Of a DNA stretch of 64,000 nucleotides, positions 63,834-64,000 are shown piece by piece. Within the stretch, counting starts at the first letter, position 1. The number at the start of each line of letters is the position of its first letter. Both the position numbers and the translations under genes were made by a program. The notes under the pieces were generated by a model. That model saw only the letters and a list, made by a program, of their open reading frames with translations. It was not told the DNA's origin and searched no databases. Source of the DNA: Eledone cirrhosa (lineage: Eukaryota); NCBI GenBank assembly GCA_964016885.1, contig OZ024746.1, positions 4,960,001-5,024,000 on the forward strand. Direction: 5' to 3'.

Positions 63834-64000
63834 CAGCATCTCGAATTTCTTTTATTTCGGATTCTTGGAAGAAGTCTAGGATTTTGGGCAGGTGAATGGC
63901 ATATGTCTGTGCAATTTGAATCTGTCCCAACAGTTCATAGTCACAAGAGTGTTCAGCATAACGTTTCAAAGCATGGAAACTAGAGAAGCGTGTGATAAAA
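63834..64000 (-). CDS. FBH1: FBH1 exon, 5'-truncated by the window edge (FITRFSSFHALKRYAEHSCDYELLGQIQIAQTYAIHLPKILDFFQESEIKEIRDA)
   Basis: One open frame ending G|gtaagt in phase 1; resembles the FBH1 'F..FKRY....D.EL..KI.....Y...IP' segment. Confidence 0.82.

Larger units (their letters stand above)
60365..64000 (-). other. FBH1: F-box DNA helicase 1 gene, 3' part (five exons; 5' part outside the window)
   Basis: The spliced peptide has UvrD motif V (TAHKSKGLEFDTV), motif VI (ERNLFYVAITRAK) and the FBH1-type tail CCIC...GGIICKEC...LAFL; all junctions are GT-AG with consistent phases. Confidence 0.88.

Overview
AT-rich, repeat-dense animal genomic DNA. The (TA)n tracts, RTE/CR1/Tx1 LINE debris, tRNA-derived SINEs and TTAA MITEs suggest an octopus or other coleoid cephalopod (inference). 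Three spliced genes were reconstructed by hand. (1) The last two exons of 5-aminolevulinate synthase (ALAS, + strand, 6397-7543). (2) A complete 5-exon UBE2N/Ubc13 (- strand, 40994-9540, 152 aa, 24-kb first intron), tail-to-tail with ALAS. (3) The last five exons of F-box DNA helicase 1 (FBH1/FBXO18, - strand, 64000-60365), almost invisible in the ORF track. The strongest leads: a 45-bp minisatellite made of the FBH1 terminal branch point plus acceptor, with an in-frame stop in the extra copies; a hammerhead-ribozyme motif overlapped by an antisense fold-back copy; a 209-bp near-perfect hairpin inside a (TA)n tract; a ~24x61-bp array amplified from a LINE 3' stem-loop; a PHD finger inside an RTE reverse transcriptase; and an ALAS apparently lacking its C-terminal regulatory extension. 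No CRISPR array, rRNA, true tRNA gene or prokaryotic system was found. TE family names come from motif recognition, not database searches, and TE boundaries are approximate.
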